Source of the DNA: Octopus bimaculoides
Lineage: Eukaryota
NCBI RefSeq assembly: GCF_001194135.2
Contig: NC_069005.1
Location: forward strand, 21,362,398 to 21,426,397
DNA: 64,000 nt
Direction: 5' to 3'
A program made the translations under genes and the position numbers. This document shows positions 1 to 13,497 of the stretch, piece after piece; the first letter of the stretch is position 1; each line of letters opens with the position of its first letter. The notes beneath the pieces were generated by a model, which did no database searches, was not told the DNA's origin, and saw only the letters and a list, made by a program, of their open reading frames with translations.

Positions 1-386
1 CTCTGTAATTGCATCTTACCAGTGCATCTCATTAGCTCTTATAGCAGCAGTTTATGACTGTCATGACAGTTATCAGAAACAGCACTCAGGCCAGTGAGGG
101 AATTTGTATGCAGTTCATCAACCTGCTAGAAATAGCAGCCAATTGTTTCTCAAATCACATTGTGGATAATGTTGTTCTAGAGGTCTCTTAAAAGACAGAA
201 TGGTTACAGTTGGAATGTCTTCTGGTTATAGATTTGCTTGATTGGAGTTAATATGAGGCTATACTACAACTACTTGATTTAATAGGCAAGTAACCATGAT
301 AACTATATTGATCTTAGAGGGCTTACAGACTCCATGGATATAACTTCTCCTTTCAGATCAAACCACACACCAACTAGTAAGATATA

Positions 387-820
387 TGAGGGGATGCTGA
401 AAAGGTCCTGATTTTGGGTAAAAGAAAATACAGGAGGATCAGTTAATTATGATTTTATTGAACATATTCCCCTCTCAGATTCACACCCTTAGTGCAGCGG
501 TCCTTCAGTTTTTCTAAGCCCTGTAAAAGTACTCAGAAGGTTGGGCCTCTAACCAGGCCTTTTGTGATACCCTTAAAGCCAAGAACTTTTCAACACCCTC
601 GTATGTGTGTGTATGTGTACACGAGGGTGTGCTGAAAAGTTCCTGGCTTTGGGTAAAAGAAAATACAGAAGGATCAGTTAATTATGATTCTATTTAACAT
701 ATTCTTCTCTGAGATTCCCTCCAGTTTTCTCTAAGCTCTGTAAAAGAACTTGGAAGGTTGGGCCTCCAACCAGGCCTTTTGTGATACCCTAAAAGCCAGG
801 AACTTCTCAGCACCAGCTCA
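387..820. mobile_element. Two tandem copies of a mariner-type MITE (387-601 and 622-820)
   Basis: TIRs of the cgagggtgtgctgaaaagttcctggcttt / aaagccaggaacttttcagcaccctcg type, TA or CA flanks, and a near-identical internal sequence in both copies. Confidence 0.75.
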
Positions 821-1707
821 TATTTCTAAAAAAAAAGGAAAGGAAAACGAAATGCAGTGAAGGCCTACTCTTATGATACAAGACATAAGAATGTTCTTCA
901 GTCTGCTTTCTAGCTTCTAGCTTGATTCAAATGCCACATGAAATATTTGTTTATCAGCCACATCCATTCTCTAACCTTCAAATAAATTACACTAATCACT
1001 GATACAAACCAGTTCATTTATAATTTCACGTTTCTTCATAGCACTTATTTATTCTTTCAGTCTGACAAGTTCTTTTATAAATAATATAGAGTTTTTCAGC
1101 TTATGCCAGCATGAAATATGAATATAAAATATTAAAAAAAAAATTGTTTAACTAAACCTGTATTTAATTGAAAAACCTTTCATTTTTATTAGATATCAAG
1201 ATATCGATTTCTTATGAAGTCATAAGACTTCAGCTTTGTAAGGAAAAGGAAATGAAATTATGTGATTTTCACATCTTCCAAGAACATTAACAGATAATAA
1301 TATGAAGGGAAATGGCTACAACTCTTACACTAACTCTGTGTATATTGAATTTAGAAGAACGAAATGAATAGAGAATCTGTATGAAGACCATATACAAGCA
1401 ATATTTATTTATTCATTTTTTTGCAAACACATTAGGAAGAATTTATGATTCCTCTTATAAGCGTACGTGTTTTTCTCCAGCCAGTTAAAATTATTACTTT
1501 TCATGAGATCTTAAATTAAACTAGACTAACAATGCTTCAGCATCTTGTTTAAAATAAGATGTTAGATATGAAAAAAATAAACACCCAAAACACAGAGAGT
1601 GAGATTTAATGGCTTAGTATAAAGAGGAAAGGCCACACAGATGACCCTTTCTAGGGTCTTTCCAATTACCAGACCAGAGAGAGAGAGAATTAATCTTAAC
1701 CTCTTAA

Positions 1708-1901
1708 CCCATTGTGCTTATTTATTCACGTTGTTTTGAATTTATCCTGCTTTATATTGTAGCTTTGAGATTTCATTGATGAGATTGTTTATGTTTAAAA
1801 TGACATTTTAGGGTAAGTATGAGAGGCAACATCTGGCCAGCTTGAACATAAAGCAAGAAAAATATTTGGGCTGGATATAGCTGGTTTAAATGCTTAAAGG
1901 A
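1708..1901 (+). mobile_element. piggyBac-type MITE family 1, internally deleted copy
   Basis: Right end aatgcttaaagga followed by TTAA. The body matches the copies at 24403, 44369 and 51480. Confidence 0.6.
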
Positions 1902-2480
1902 TTAATGTTTGCAATTAAGTGGACTTTGCTAAAAGCCCCTAAGGACCAGGTGGTAGTGTTAAACCATTGTTGTTTTGTTATGTCTGTGGCCCTTGGACGG
2001 CCTAGGACTACAGTAGAAGACACTTGCTGTAGGTACCACACACTAGGACTGAACCTGAAACCATGGAGTTGGGAAGCAAGCTGTTTAACCATGCCGTCAC
2101 ACTTGCACCTACATTGTTTACTGCTATAGAAAAGATTCAGCTGTAAAACTGTTTGTTCCAACAATCTTTATAATTTATTTTCCATATATTCTTTACATGC
2201 TAGAAGAGAAAAATATATAAGGATATTTATATTCTTGAAAGACAATCAATAGCAGATAATTGCTTATTTTCCTACTGATAATGTGTGCACAAATTACATG
2301 ATTTTATATAAAATAGGTATATTGGAAAATGTTTTTTTCAAATATGAGCTGACTGAAAGAAAAAAAAAAAATAATGAACATGAAACATAATATAGGTGTG
2401 TAGCTTGTGCACACCAGAACTGATCTAGGAACATAAAGCCGAGTGTATATTTGTATGTTTCCTTAACCCTTCAGCATTTG

Positions 2481-2619
2481 CAGGTATGGCTGTGTGGTAA
2501 GAAGCTAGCTTCTCAATCACATGGTTCTGGGTTCCCACCTTGGGCAAATGTCTTCTGCTATAACCTCAGGCTGACCAAAGCCTTGTGAGTAGATTTGGTT
2601 GATGGAAACTGAAAGCCCG

Positions 2620-2707
<88 letters not shown>

Positions 2708-2925
2708 GTGTGTTTCTTTGTGTCTGTATTTGTCCCCCATCACCGCTTGACAACTGGTGCTGGTGTGTTTATGTCCCTGTAACTTAGTGGTTCGGCAAAG
2801 AGACTGATAGAATAAGTACTAGGCTTCAGAAAATAAGTCCTGGGGTCGATTTGTTTAACTAAAAACCATTCAAAGTGGTGCTCCAGCATGGTCACAGTCA
2901 AATAACTGAAACAAATAAAAGAATA
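2481..2925 (+). mobile_element. tRNA-derived SINE family A with internal (TG)n(TA)n microsatellite
   Basis: Head ggctgtgtggtaagaagctagcttc, body ccttgggcaaatgtcttc...gccttgtgagtagatttgg, tail gactgaaacaa(g)taaaaga, as in more than 15 other copies in the window. Confidence 0.85.
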
Positions 2926-3096
2926 TCTGGCTACAATATTTTAGCTATTTTATATTCAAGATCTGAAGTCTCACACTGCCCCTACAGTGTCATTCTAAAA
3001 GTAAATAAATTTATCTCATCATTGAAATCTTGAAGTTATGTATTGATGTATGATTAATTTCAAAATAATGAATAAATAAGCATTACATTTGACAGA

Positions 3097-3441
3097 GTAA
3101 AAGGGTAAAGGGTAAAGCCCCCCTTTGGTCATGAACGACCATAGGATTGCACTTAGAAAGTTACATTCCAAGGCACAAATCCAGCAAGGTTGTTTTATGG
3201 AAGACCAGCAGTCGCCCATGCATACCAGCCTCCCCTCTCCACACCACCTATGTTATCCAAGGCAAAGGCCGATACAGCTTGGGACCAGAGACTTCGCAAC
3301 TCATTTCTACAGATGAGTGAACTGGAGCAACGTGAAATAATGCGTCTTGCTCAAGAACAAACACACAACTCAGTCCAGGAATCAAACTCACTACCTCATG
3401 ATTGTGAATCTGATGCTCTAACCACTGAACCATGCACCTTC
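3097..3441 (-). mobile_element. tRNA-derived SINE (family F) with (TTTACC)-type tail
   Basis: Minus-strand head ggtgcatggttcagtggttagagca...gagtttgattcc (A and B boxes), tail ctttaccctttacccttttac, 12-bp TSD acatttgacaga at 3085-3096 and 3442-3453. Confidence 0.8.
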
Positions 3442-4589
3442 ACATTTGACAGATTATCCGAATGCTAAAGGGTTAAAAGGAAGTTTTAGGGTTTTATTGT
3501 GAAGGAGCTACAAAAAGGAGGATGAAATTTTTCATTTCATCAAAAATTGGTTGCAGCCAATACCAAATATATTGGTGGTATGAGTATGCAGAGCATCAGG
3601 GAGCAGGAGTACTATGATAATACAGTTGAGGAAAATGCATTTGTATACTTTGTTACAATAATGAGAATGAATTTGCACATTTTGTTGATCTGTGCAGATT
3701 ATGTAAACTATTCGACTTTTGATACCAATGTAGTATTATTTGTATGTAGTATTAGTATGTTTATTACTTCAAGAAGAAATCAAATTCTGTAACACAGAGA
3801 CAAAGAGTCGAGGATGGTCTGAAGCCCAGCTGCAAAAATTACTGACTTTGTGCCAAAATTTGAAGCCTGTATTAATAGTTATTTCGAACACAAGTAGAAA
3901 ACTTGGAGTTTATGGGGAAGGAGTTAGTTGATTAAAGCATCTCCAATTCTTGATTTGTAATTCATTTTATTGACCTGGAAGAATGAAAGACAAAACTTAC
4001 CTTGACATAATTTGAAATCAGTAAAGAGCCAGAACAAATACCACAAGGCATTTTTCTCAATGTTCCAACAATTCTGCCAATCTACTACCCTTTTGTTAAT
4101 ACTGATAATGGTTGCAAATTTTGGCATAAGGCCAGCAATTTCAGGGCAGAGCGTAAAGTCAATTACATCAACCCCAATGCTCAACTGGTACTTATTTTAT
4201 TGACCCCAAAAGGATGAAAGGCAAAGTTGACCTCAGCTGAATTTGAACTCAGTACATAAAGATGGGCGAAATGCCGCTAAGCATTTTGCCTGGCAACCTA
4301 ATGATTCAGTTAGCTCACCACCTGAGTTAATATCAATAGCAACAAGAGTTCTTTGTCCAAGTTTTGCTGCATTTTCATATTTCATTTGATGTTAGGGACA
4401 CTATCCATTATTAATTGCTGAACTGTTTCAAATTCACAAATTTTTCTTATTCTTTTGTGGTTATTGCTTTTGGTTGTTAATTTTCATCAATCTTTNNNNN
4501 NNNNNNNNNNNNNNNNNNNNNNNNNNNNNNNNNNNNNNNNNNNNNNNNNNNNNNNNNNNNNNNNNNNNNNNNNNNNNNNNNNNNNNNNN

Positions 4590-4968
4590 CATTTGACTGT
4601 GGCCATGCTGGAGCACCGCCTTTAGTCGAGAACATTGACCCCAGGACTTATTCTTTGTGAGCCTAGTACTTATTCTATCGGTCTCTTTTTGCTGAACCGC
4701 TAAGTTACGGGGACGTAAATACACCAGCATCGGTTGTCAAGCGATGGTGGGGGGACAAACACAGACACACAAACACACACATACATATATATATATATAC
4801 ATATATACGACGGGCTTCTTTCAGTTTCCGTCTACCAAATCCACTCACAAGGCTTTAGTCGGCCCGAGGCTATAGTAGAAGACACTTGCCCAAGGTGCCA
4901 CGCAGTGGGACTGAACCCGGAACCATGTGGTTGGTAAACAAGCTACTTACCACACAGCCACTCCTGTG
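4590..4968 (-). mobile_element. SINE family A (3' end runs into an N gap)
   Basis: Reverse complement of the family A consensus. Confidence 0.85.
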
Positions 4969-5724
4969 CTTTATTTTTTTTTTCTTTATAATTATCTATT
5001 TTCTTATGGTTGTTCATGTTTTTGCTTCATTTATTTCCAAACCTTGCCCAGTTTTTGCTTTGCTGTCTTCACATAAATGTCTTTTTATAATTTCCACAGT
5101 TAACACTTTCTGTTCTTAACTCCAGAACTTTTACGTCTTCATCATTTTAACTGTCTCTTTTCTATGCTTGCATGGTTTACATGAAAATACATTTGAGCAG
5201 AGCTTTTTTTTATGACTAGATGCCCTTCTTGATGCCAACTATCACCTGTTTCCAAATGAGATAATAATCCCACCTCCTGTCTGTTGAACAATGAACAACC
5301 CAGACATGGTTAAGTGGAGAACTGAAAATGACACTTTGAATGAAGCTTCTGTTTTTACTACTACTGTGCAACATGTCAAGACATGTCAAAAAGGCCCAGA
5401 CATGCTTTTGCAGTGGACAGCAAGAAGACGCCATCTGTTTAAACAATGGGGCTTTTGTTTACACTCAACAAACACGTGAAGACAAGGGGGAAATCAAATA
5501 TATCAAAGAAGTATTATTGTGTTGTGGAAAACTGATACTAACCAAATGAGTGGATATTGAAAAAGTATCTAGCATATTAGAATGATGTAACAGACAATAG
5601 ACAATAAGAGTTTTTTGTTTTAGGTTTTAATACTTAACCATATTGACAGACAAAATTGTGTAAAATGCAAGGTTTAGACAGATAGATAAAAAGCAAAAAT
5701 TTACTTATAATTAACTGATATGTA

Positions 5725-6254
5725 CCATAAATCCTCGAGTATAGTCTGCCCTTGAGTATAATACGCAGGGGGAATTTTAGGGGGCTGTACCTCTGAAAGA
5801 CCTAAACCTTGTGTATAATACGCACCTCTTCTCTAACTTGAGTCAAGGAGGTTGATATAACTTCCTTGGTTTGTAAACATATATACTTTATATATACATA
5901 TATAATTGGTTTGTAAACATATATACTATATATATACATATATACTTTATTATTATTGTATTATCCTTTATTATTATTGTATATATAACAATGCAAACGT
6001 ATAGCTTTTTTGTGCACTTTGCAGAAAATAAAGAAATAGCAATAATAACATCAGTGGAAAATAAATATAGCTTAAGGTATTTTCGTGCCCAACATCACAA
6101 AATGCGTCTGAATAAACATTACCGGACTGCAAATAGAGACTTGGACATTGCTTTGAAAATATTTGTCATTTTTAACCTCGTATATAGTACGCACTAGGGA
6201 TTTTGACCTTTAAATTTCGTGAAAAAAATGTGGATTATACTCGAGGATTTACGG
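5725..6254. mobile_element. Tc1/mariner (pogo/Tc2-like) MITE
   Basis: TIR ccataaatcctcgagtata / tatactcgaggatttacgg, with TA on the left and TG on the right. Confidence 0.75.
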
Positions 6255-6256
6255 TG

Positions 6257-6298
<42 letters not shown>

Positions 6299-6879
6299 AA
6301 CTGAGACTGGTTTGTTCTTATATCCAAAGGTGTTAATGAAGCTAGCTAGCATCACTTTGGATATAATGACAAACCAGTAACCTTCTAATTGAGTCCAGAC
6401 ACATTGGGGTCCTGGTCACTGTTACACTAACTTTCCACCCCAAACAGTACATCACACTGTACCAAAGATAAATTGGTGACTTCTTTGTGCTAATCCATTC
6501 TTGGGAAGAGATGCCAAAAACTATGAATCCTTTAACAACATCCACTATAGTATGAAATCTTATCAACTACCAGGCAATTGGTGGTTCCTTACACTTGTTT
6601 CATTTTAGTGTATCCTTTGCTTCAGGACAGGCTACAATTCAGTTCTTCAAGGAACTGATATATGTTTCTCCATACAGATTCTTGTATCCATAAACTTTAA
6701 CCATTTACCATTTAAACTAGCCATATCTAACCCAAATATTCTACCTGTTTTATGTTCAAACTGGCCAGATGTGGCCTCTTACACCAACTCTACAATACCA
6801 TTGTAAAAATTAACAGTTAACCTCATAAAAATCTCAAAGCTACAAACAAGGTAATGCATGATTAATTCAAAACAATGTG

Positions 6880-7248
6880 AGGAGTGGCTGTGTGGTAACT
6901 AGCTTGCTTACCAACCACATGGTTCTGGGTTCAGTCCCACTGTGTGACACCTTGGGCAAGTGTCTATTACTATAGCCTCGGGCCGACCAAGACGGAAACT
7001 GAAAGAAGCCTGTCGTATATATGTATATGTATGTATATATATGTCTGTGTTTGTCCCCCCCCCCCCAACATCGCTTGACAACCGATGCTGGTGTGTTTGT
7101 GTCCCCGTAACTTAGTGGTTCAGAAAAAAAGAGACCAATAGAGTAAGTAACTAGGCTTACAAAGAATAAGTCCCAGGGTTGATTTCCTCAACTAAAGGCG
7201 GTTCTCCAGCATGGCCGCAGTCAAATGACTGAAACAAGTAAAAGAGTA
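6880..7248 (+). mobile_element. SINE family A
   Basis: ggagtggctgtgtggtaactagcttgcttaccaacc...gactgaaacaagtaaaagagta. Confidence 0.85.
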
Positions 7249-9384
7249 TTACTTTTGACAGAATAATGTGAATGCTAAAGGATTAAATACTAAGGATAGA
7301 TAAATATACAGATTAACTTGGGGAAAGTGCTGTCTGTTAGAGGCTATGGTCAATGCTATGTGGAAGGCAGACAAACACAAAGACATTACAGGACATCTAC
7401 ATTCAATGCCAAATGAAACAACAGGGTCGATGACAATGACAGCAAGTGTCATAAATCAACAGACTCCGAGGTCAACCAGGCAAATAGTAACAAAGACAGT
7501 GACAGGACCAGCAAGGAGAACAGCAGTTGAAAAGAGTGAGAAAAACAAAACATGACCTCCCTCAGTGATAGTGAAGTTTGTTTAACAATTGTCAGTTCCC
7601 CTTACTATTGTGTTTTGTCTTTTCAAGAATGGAAAGTTGTTCTCTCAAAGATGTGGTTCTCATATCAATATTTTTCAACAGTACTCTGGTAATATTTTAA
7701 AAAAGATTTTTGAATGCTGCATAGAAAAAATGTTCCACTTCTCAACCAAGCTGAGAAGAAGTCATCTTTCTGATCTGTTAACAAAAGGTGTTGCAGTTTC
7801 AACCATAGATCTGCCCATTGTAGAAGTTGTCATTTTTCATCTTCATCTTTCTTCAAGCTTCATTCAAATGCATTTGGATCGTGGGATAAGATTTCTTTTA
7901 ATGTAATGCCACTTTCTTTGTCCTATGAATGAGAGAAATCTGCTATTTTATGCTTCAAGGAATTGCATTGAAGCTAAATATATAAGCAGTTGAGCTGTTT
8001 TGAATTTCTGGTAGCTTGTATATGATATTCAGTAATCATTTACTCTCTCTCTCTCTCACTCACTCACTCACTCTCTTTCTCTCTCTTTCTGCTATTAATA
8101 TATATTCAAAATATATGGCTCTATCTTGTAAATTGCATAGAATCTTTTATAAATAAAATCTATTGCACACAGAAAAAAAAAAAACCTAGCAAATCTTCAA
8201 AATCAGACTGAAAATACATGTAAAAACGAATAGAGTGCTTTTGTATGAAATCTAACACGATTTCGGTCTTATTATATGAATGGTATTTTCACTTAGATTT
8301 TTAAAAGTGGTTGGAAATAGTAAAAGAATTAAATAAAGTCAGTACTGTATATTTTCATTATTGTTATGTGTATTGTTGCAGTGGATTATGATGTTATTTA
8401 CCATTATTATACTGGCATTATTGTTAAATTTGTTATGGAAAAGTCAAGATAAATTTTCATGAAAAAAGACAAAAGCAGTTATGTGTGTTAGAGAGAGAGA
8501 GAGAGAGAAAGAAAGAGAGAGTGTGTTTGTAACTATATAAATGAAAGTATACATGTTTGAAAATAAATTGCATATAAACATACAGAATCATTGTTTCAAA
8601 AAATCATCATTTAAGAAGATATGAATACATAGAAATTCAAATAGGATATTTGGTTGAATAACCATTATTTGATATGATTTTGTTGTAAATGATATTTTAC
8701 AATACATGCACATGTTTGCATGCATGCACACAAACACACACACGCACACAAACTAACTTAGATATGTTCTTGTGAGTTCCTAGTATATGTATGTGTGTGT
8801 AAGTGTACACACACATGCATTATAAATTTGAATGGATGCATTCAGAAACTAAAGAAAAGAAAAAAAAAAGGATTGGTGAATAGAAAAAGAGAAGAGGATG
8901 TGTTCCAGAAAACTGAATGGAGTGAGATATGGTGAGATAAGGGGGAGAGAGAGAGGGAGAAAGAGTGAGTATCCTATTTGTGAATGAGTTAAGATGAAAT
9001 TGTGTATTATCTTGTTATTGATGTTGAAGCCATCATATATTTTCCTTTCTGGCTATAAGTTTGTGCCAGTTGCTGTCAAGGCATCAGGTGTTCTAGGACT
9101 ACCCTGTACTACCAATCTCCTTTGCAAAATAGGGATAACAGTGGCCTGTGGAAGAAATGAGCCCCGCGAGGTGGAGTGGCTGTTGTAGCGAGTGTCCTTT
9201 ACCATTCTCTGTGGCAACACCATTGCAGTCATTGCTGCAGGGCACAGCTGGGCACCCCACTTGTTCTGGGACGTGTAGCCCACAGCCCCTTCCCCCTCCA
9301 TTTCCCACTGCTTTATCTTTTGTTTTACCTTTTCCTTTCTTATCTCTTGTCTTTCCTGTTTCTTTGTATCCTATGATAGTTGAA

Positions 9385-9600
9385 GGCTGGCAGAAATGTT
9401 AGCATGCTGGACGAAATGCTTAGCAGTATTTTATCTGTTACTACATTCTGAGTTCAAATTTCGCCATGGTCGACTTTGCCTTTCATCCTTTTGGGGCTGA
9501 TAAATTAATTACCAGTTGCGTACTGGAGTCGATCTAATTGACTGCCCCCCCCCACTCCCCCAAAATTTCAGGCCTTGTGCATAGAGTAGAAAAGATTCTA
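9385..9600 (+). mobile_element. SINE family B (Meta-domain-like core)
   Basis: gctggcagaaatgttagca...gagttcaaat (B box)...ggtcgactttgcctttcatccttttggggctgataaattaattaccag. The core resembles the MetaSINE domain as recalled. Confidence 0.75.
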
Positions 9601-9854
9601 TGGTGGTTGACTCTTCAGATTGAAAACTATGTTACTAACTGGGAAGAATAATGCACAGGTTAATAATGTTGAAGATGATTCTGTCTCAGTAATTTTGTGC
9701 ATAGAAAGGTGATGGGGTTGTGCAATGATGCATTAATCAGGAGTTTACATTAGGTTTTGCGGTTGTTATAATTTTGCTCCATTTCGAAATTCTTGAATTT
9801 TATATAGTGTTGAAAATGTTGGTGAACTCAATAACACTGTTTGACACAATTTTT

Positions 9855-10290
9855 GTCCTTGGGTTACCAACTGTTATTTCCTATTTGCTTACCTCTAGAA
9901 AGCATGAAAAATGACTAATATTTTCTTAAAACTTTGCTTTTACATTTATTCAAACCCCAAAGAATCCCTCTCAACACTATTCCTGCTAGCGATCACAGGT
10001 TCACATATTGTCAACCACTACTCCTGCTCATGATCAGAAATGCACATATCGTCAGCCACTAACAAACATGTTCAAGTGGTTAAGGTCAAGCAGAATATTT
10101 GCTATAACAATATTTCTAATCTAGCAACTCAGTACTAAATCTGTCTGAAATCTAATAGAAAATAGGTCAGTTTCAAAACACTTACGTCCGGGACAGAAAA
10201 GCAAAGCTTGAAGAGAATAATAGTAATTTTCTTTGATTTCTAGATAGAAGCAAATAGGAAATAATACTTACTGACCAAAGACAAAAAAGG
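9855..10290 (-). mobile_element. MITE-like element with subterminal inverted repeats (family M)
   Basis: gttatttcctatttgctt / aagcaaataggaaataa inverted pair. A second copy in the opposite orientation lies at 18390-18815. Confidence 0.6.
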
Positions 10291-11473
10291 AAATAAGAAT
10301 TTTGTTACACAGTGTAATTCATTCAGAGTATAGGTATTCTAGATAAATATTTGTGATTTCGTCAGGCAATGCTGCTAATGAATGTTTGGGTTTTCCTGTT
10401 GGTTTTTCTGGACAGTTCAAGGTGGAAGCTGCATATGTTACATATTTTTATGCTTTGATCTGTATGGATTTGGGTGATCATGTTTTAAAAAATGCTTGAT
10501 AAGAAACATTACTCAGGTATGTTGCTTGAATTTGTTACTATGACATGACATGATGCGTAGTGTGATCATTGATATGTTGTAAATGCTTGTAATTATTTTT
10601 CTTTAGTGTTTCATGAGTTGTTTTCTTCATATTTGATACTATTGCCTATTATCTAACAAAAAAAAAAACAAACAAAAAACAAACCATAAAAAGTGAGGTT
10701 GATAGCCTTATGGATTTAGGTAGAGTTTTTTAGGAATTCCAGTCATGCCTTGCTTGTCTGGCTGATGACTTTTTTGATCTCTTTTCAATCATCATCATCA
10801 TCTAGTGCCTATTTTCCATGCTGGCATTGGTTAGAAGGTTTGATTGGAACTGGTAAACCAGAGCTGCACCAGGTTCCAGTTGGCTGTTTTAGCTCGGTTT
10901 CTACAGCTGGATGCCCTACCTAATGCCAGCCACTTCACGGAGTATACCAAGTGCCTTTTACATGTCATTGTTGCCACAAAGTCAATCTCATCAAGTGCCA
11001 ACCAGTCACTATGAGGTTGGTTGGAAGCAAAGTAGAATGTTCTGAAATTCCTGGACTGAAAGCTATATGAACTACAAGGAGGTATACTAGTATACTGCTA
11101 CCTCCTTGTAGACGTATGGATAATAACCATGTGGTGTTCATGGTTTTCATGCACTTAGTATAATTTTATAAAACCCCTATACAAACACTCCTGTCTGTAT
11201 ACCCTTGTATGAACCTCTTTTTTCATCCTATCCAACTATGTATATACCCCAGATGTACTTGTGTTGGCATCATTTTCATGGAATGCTGGATTATGACTGT
11301 ACTAGGAATAAGATGTGTGATAATGGATTACATGAAGCACCCCCTGGCCTCAACACCATCTGATCAATTATGCACAACACATGAAGTGATAATCTGGTTT
11401 ACCTGTAATAATGCACCATTCAGTGAATGCACAGTGCATCCCCTATGACTGCTGACCAATTAAGCCTATTAAC

Positions 11474-12103
11474 ACTTTTGATACCAACCCACCTGAAACT
11501 ACCTCCGGCTCTGTAGTACAAATGTCTTGTTTTCAAAAGTTCTGAATTAAAATCTCCTACCAAACCTTAATCACAACTTATGTTCCTAACACTAGCTTAA
11601 TGATGACAAAGTTATTTTACTAAATTCTTTATTATATTTAACCCTTTCATTACCAACCTGGCTGAAATCGCCTCTGACTCTGTAGTACAAATGACTTGTT
11701 TTCAAAAGTTCTGAATTAAAATCTTCCACCAGACCTTAGTCACAATTTATGTTCCTAACACTAGCTTAATGATAANNNNNNNNNNGAATTAAAATCTCCT
11801 ACCAAACCTTAATCACAACTTATGTTCCTAACACTAGCTTAATGATGACAAAGTTATTTTACTAAATTCTTTATTATATTTAACCCTTTCATTACCAACC
11901 TGGCTGAAATCGCCTCTGACTCTGTAGTACAAATGACTTGTTTTCAAAAGTTCTGAATTAAAATCTTCCACCAGACCTTAGTCACAATTTATGTTCCTAA
12001 CACTAGCTTAATGATAACAAAGTTATTTTACTAAATTCTTTGTTATATTTAAAATTAATTAAACGAAACACAGCATCTCAACAGAAATATGGTAACAAAA
12101 GGG
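11474..12103 (+). mobile_element. piggyBac-type MITE family 2: truncated copy followed by a complete copy (11884-12103); partly an assembly duplication
   Basis: TTAA|ccctttcattacc ... ggtaacaaaaggg|TTAA. 11544-11775 is repeated exactly at 11786-12017 across a 10-N gap. Confidence 0.75.
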
Positions 12104-12613
12104 TTAAGTTACAGGTTTGAATGAACCTACATAACTTACTTGGATAGTCTACCTTTTCTTCTTTTTTGTGAATATACCTATGAACTTATAGCTATGTAAC
12201 AGTGGGTATGCATTTTCAGGGTGGTGGAGTAGTGTAACTTAAGAAACTTTTCTTGCTGTATGTTACAATATTGCAGAGATCCTTGAACATATATATATGT
12301 ACCAATATGTGTACCTGGATGCTTCAGTGACTGTATATGTGTATGTCTGTGTGTGGATACTTAGGTCTGGCATAGTGCGCATGGGTATTTTATATGGGAT
12401 GTAAATGTTCATGAATGATAGGGTGAGGAGTGGGCAATACACCATATGCCACTTACCACATACTATGGAAATTCCTGTGAACACACAATTTGCTTGTTTG
12501 CCAGAGAGCAGAATGTTTGATGTTGAAACCATAAACTTGTCAATGAACTGACCATTTGCTTCCTTTGCCTTTGATTTGTAATGGGTTGCACATACTATAG
12601 CTGTTATTCTTGA

Positions 12614-12659
<46 letters not shown>

Positions 12660-12661
<2 letters not shown>

Positions 12662-12885
12662 GTAAGGTGGTGAGCTGACAGAATCATCAGCACACTGGAT
12701 GAAATGCTTGTCAGTATTTCGTCTGCCACTATATTCTGAGTTCAAATTCTGCTGCGGTTGACTTTGCCTTTTATCTGTTCGGGGGTCGATTAATTAAGTA
12801 CCAGTTGCACACTGGGGTCGATCTAATCGACTGGCACCCTCCCCCAAAATTTCAGGCTTTGTGCCTATAGTAGAAAGGATTATTA
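12660..12885 (+). mobile_element. SINE family B between (ATT)n runs
   Basis: aaggtggtgagctgacagaatc...gactttgccttttatctgttcgggggtcgat. (ATT)n at about 12617-12660. Confidence 0.75.
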
Positions 12886-13289
12886 TTATTAGAAAATTAC
12901 TATTTTTAAATCTCACAACGAGAGATATTCAGCAACAGTACTTTGGAGTAAAGATTTTTTTTGCCAACATAACATGGCAGTCCTGATTTAGGATGAATGT
13001 TGCTGTAATTTAGCCCCAGGAGACATCGTCTCCAGCTGGCAATACGACATGATCTGTGTCCTTATATTTTCAAACAAGGGAATCTAACACCCCCACCCAG
13101 CTCAAAACAATATCTATGTATTGCGATTTCTGATATTTTTAAAAAAAGTAATTTTCTAATTTATAAATCAGTGACTAGTTGTCACTTTGAAAACTATATA
13201 TTTCAAACGGGAATTCTTCTGTGCTGATGAAGGGAAATAACCCAGAAATCACGATGACAATCTAGGGACATTCCATGACTACCAATGAG

Positions 13290-13497
13290 ATTGATCAGGT
13301 ACCGGACAAGGATTCTGGATTATTTTCTCAATGTTTTTAATTTTTGAGAGTTATCGGGTTCATTTTTAATATTCTCATTTGTGAGAGCAGTCGAGTTTAT
13401 TTCAGATATTCTCATTTTAAAAATCATTTCCGGCTAATCGTTGAGAGAACGTTGGCGTTGCCTTGGCAGAGGTTTGCGCTCTCTGAGTGCTCTTGTT
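13290..13497 (+). mobile_element. Helentron/HINE-like 3' end
   Basis: Subterminal repeat ccttggcagagg (13461-13472), then short hairpin gcgctc-tct-gagtgc (13476-13490), then tcttgtt. This layout is typical of HINE ends. No matching 5' end was found. Confidence 0.5.

Larger units (their letters stand above)
2467..3472 (-). mobile_element. piggyBac-type MITE family 1 carrying two nested SINEs
   Basis: TTAA|cccttcagcatt ... aatgctaaaggg|TTAA. The internal MITE sequence is interrupted by SINEs at about 2481-2925 and 3097-3441. Confidence 0.75.

Noticed and set aside
7560-7910. Minus-strand string PFVNRSER*LLLSLVEKWNIF resembling a Myb/SANT-like transposon protein
   Set aside because: There are multiple stops and only a short, weak resemblance. 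It cannot be supported without a profile search.
9053-9380. GC-richer block with several overlapping short ORFs, as a promoter or gene
   Set aside because: There is no recognisable domain, few CpGs, and it abuts a SINE. It is more likely an unclassified repeat fragment.
13224-13248. Hammerhead ribozyme core ctgatga-agggaaataaccca-gaaa
   Set aside because: The core and stem II look Penelope-like, but I could not close stems I and III or place an NUH cleavage site. At best it is a decayed relic. An Infernal search with hammerhead models would settle it.
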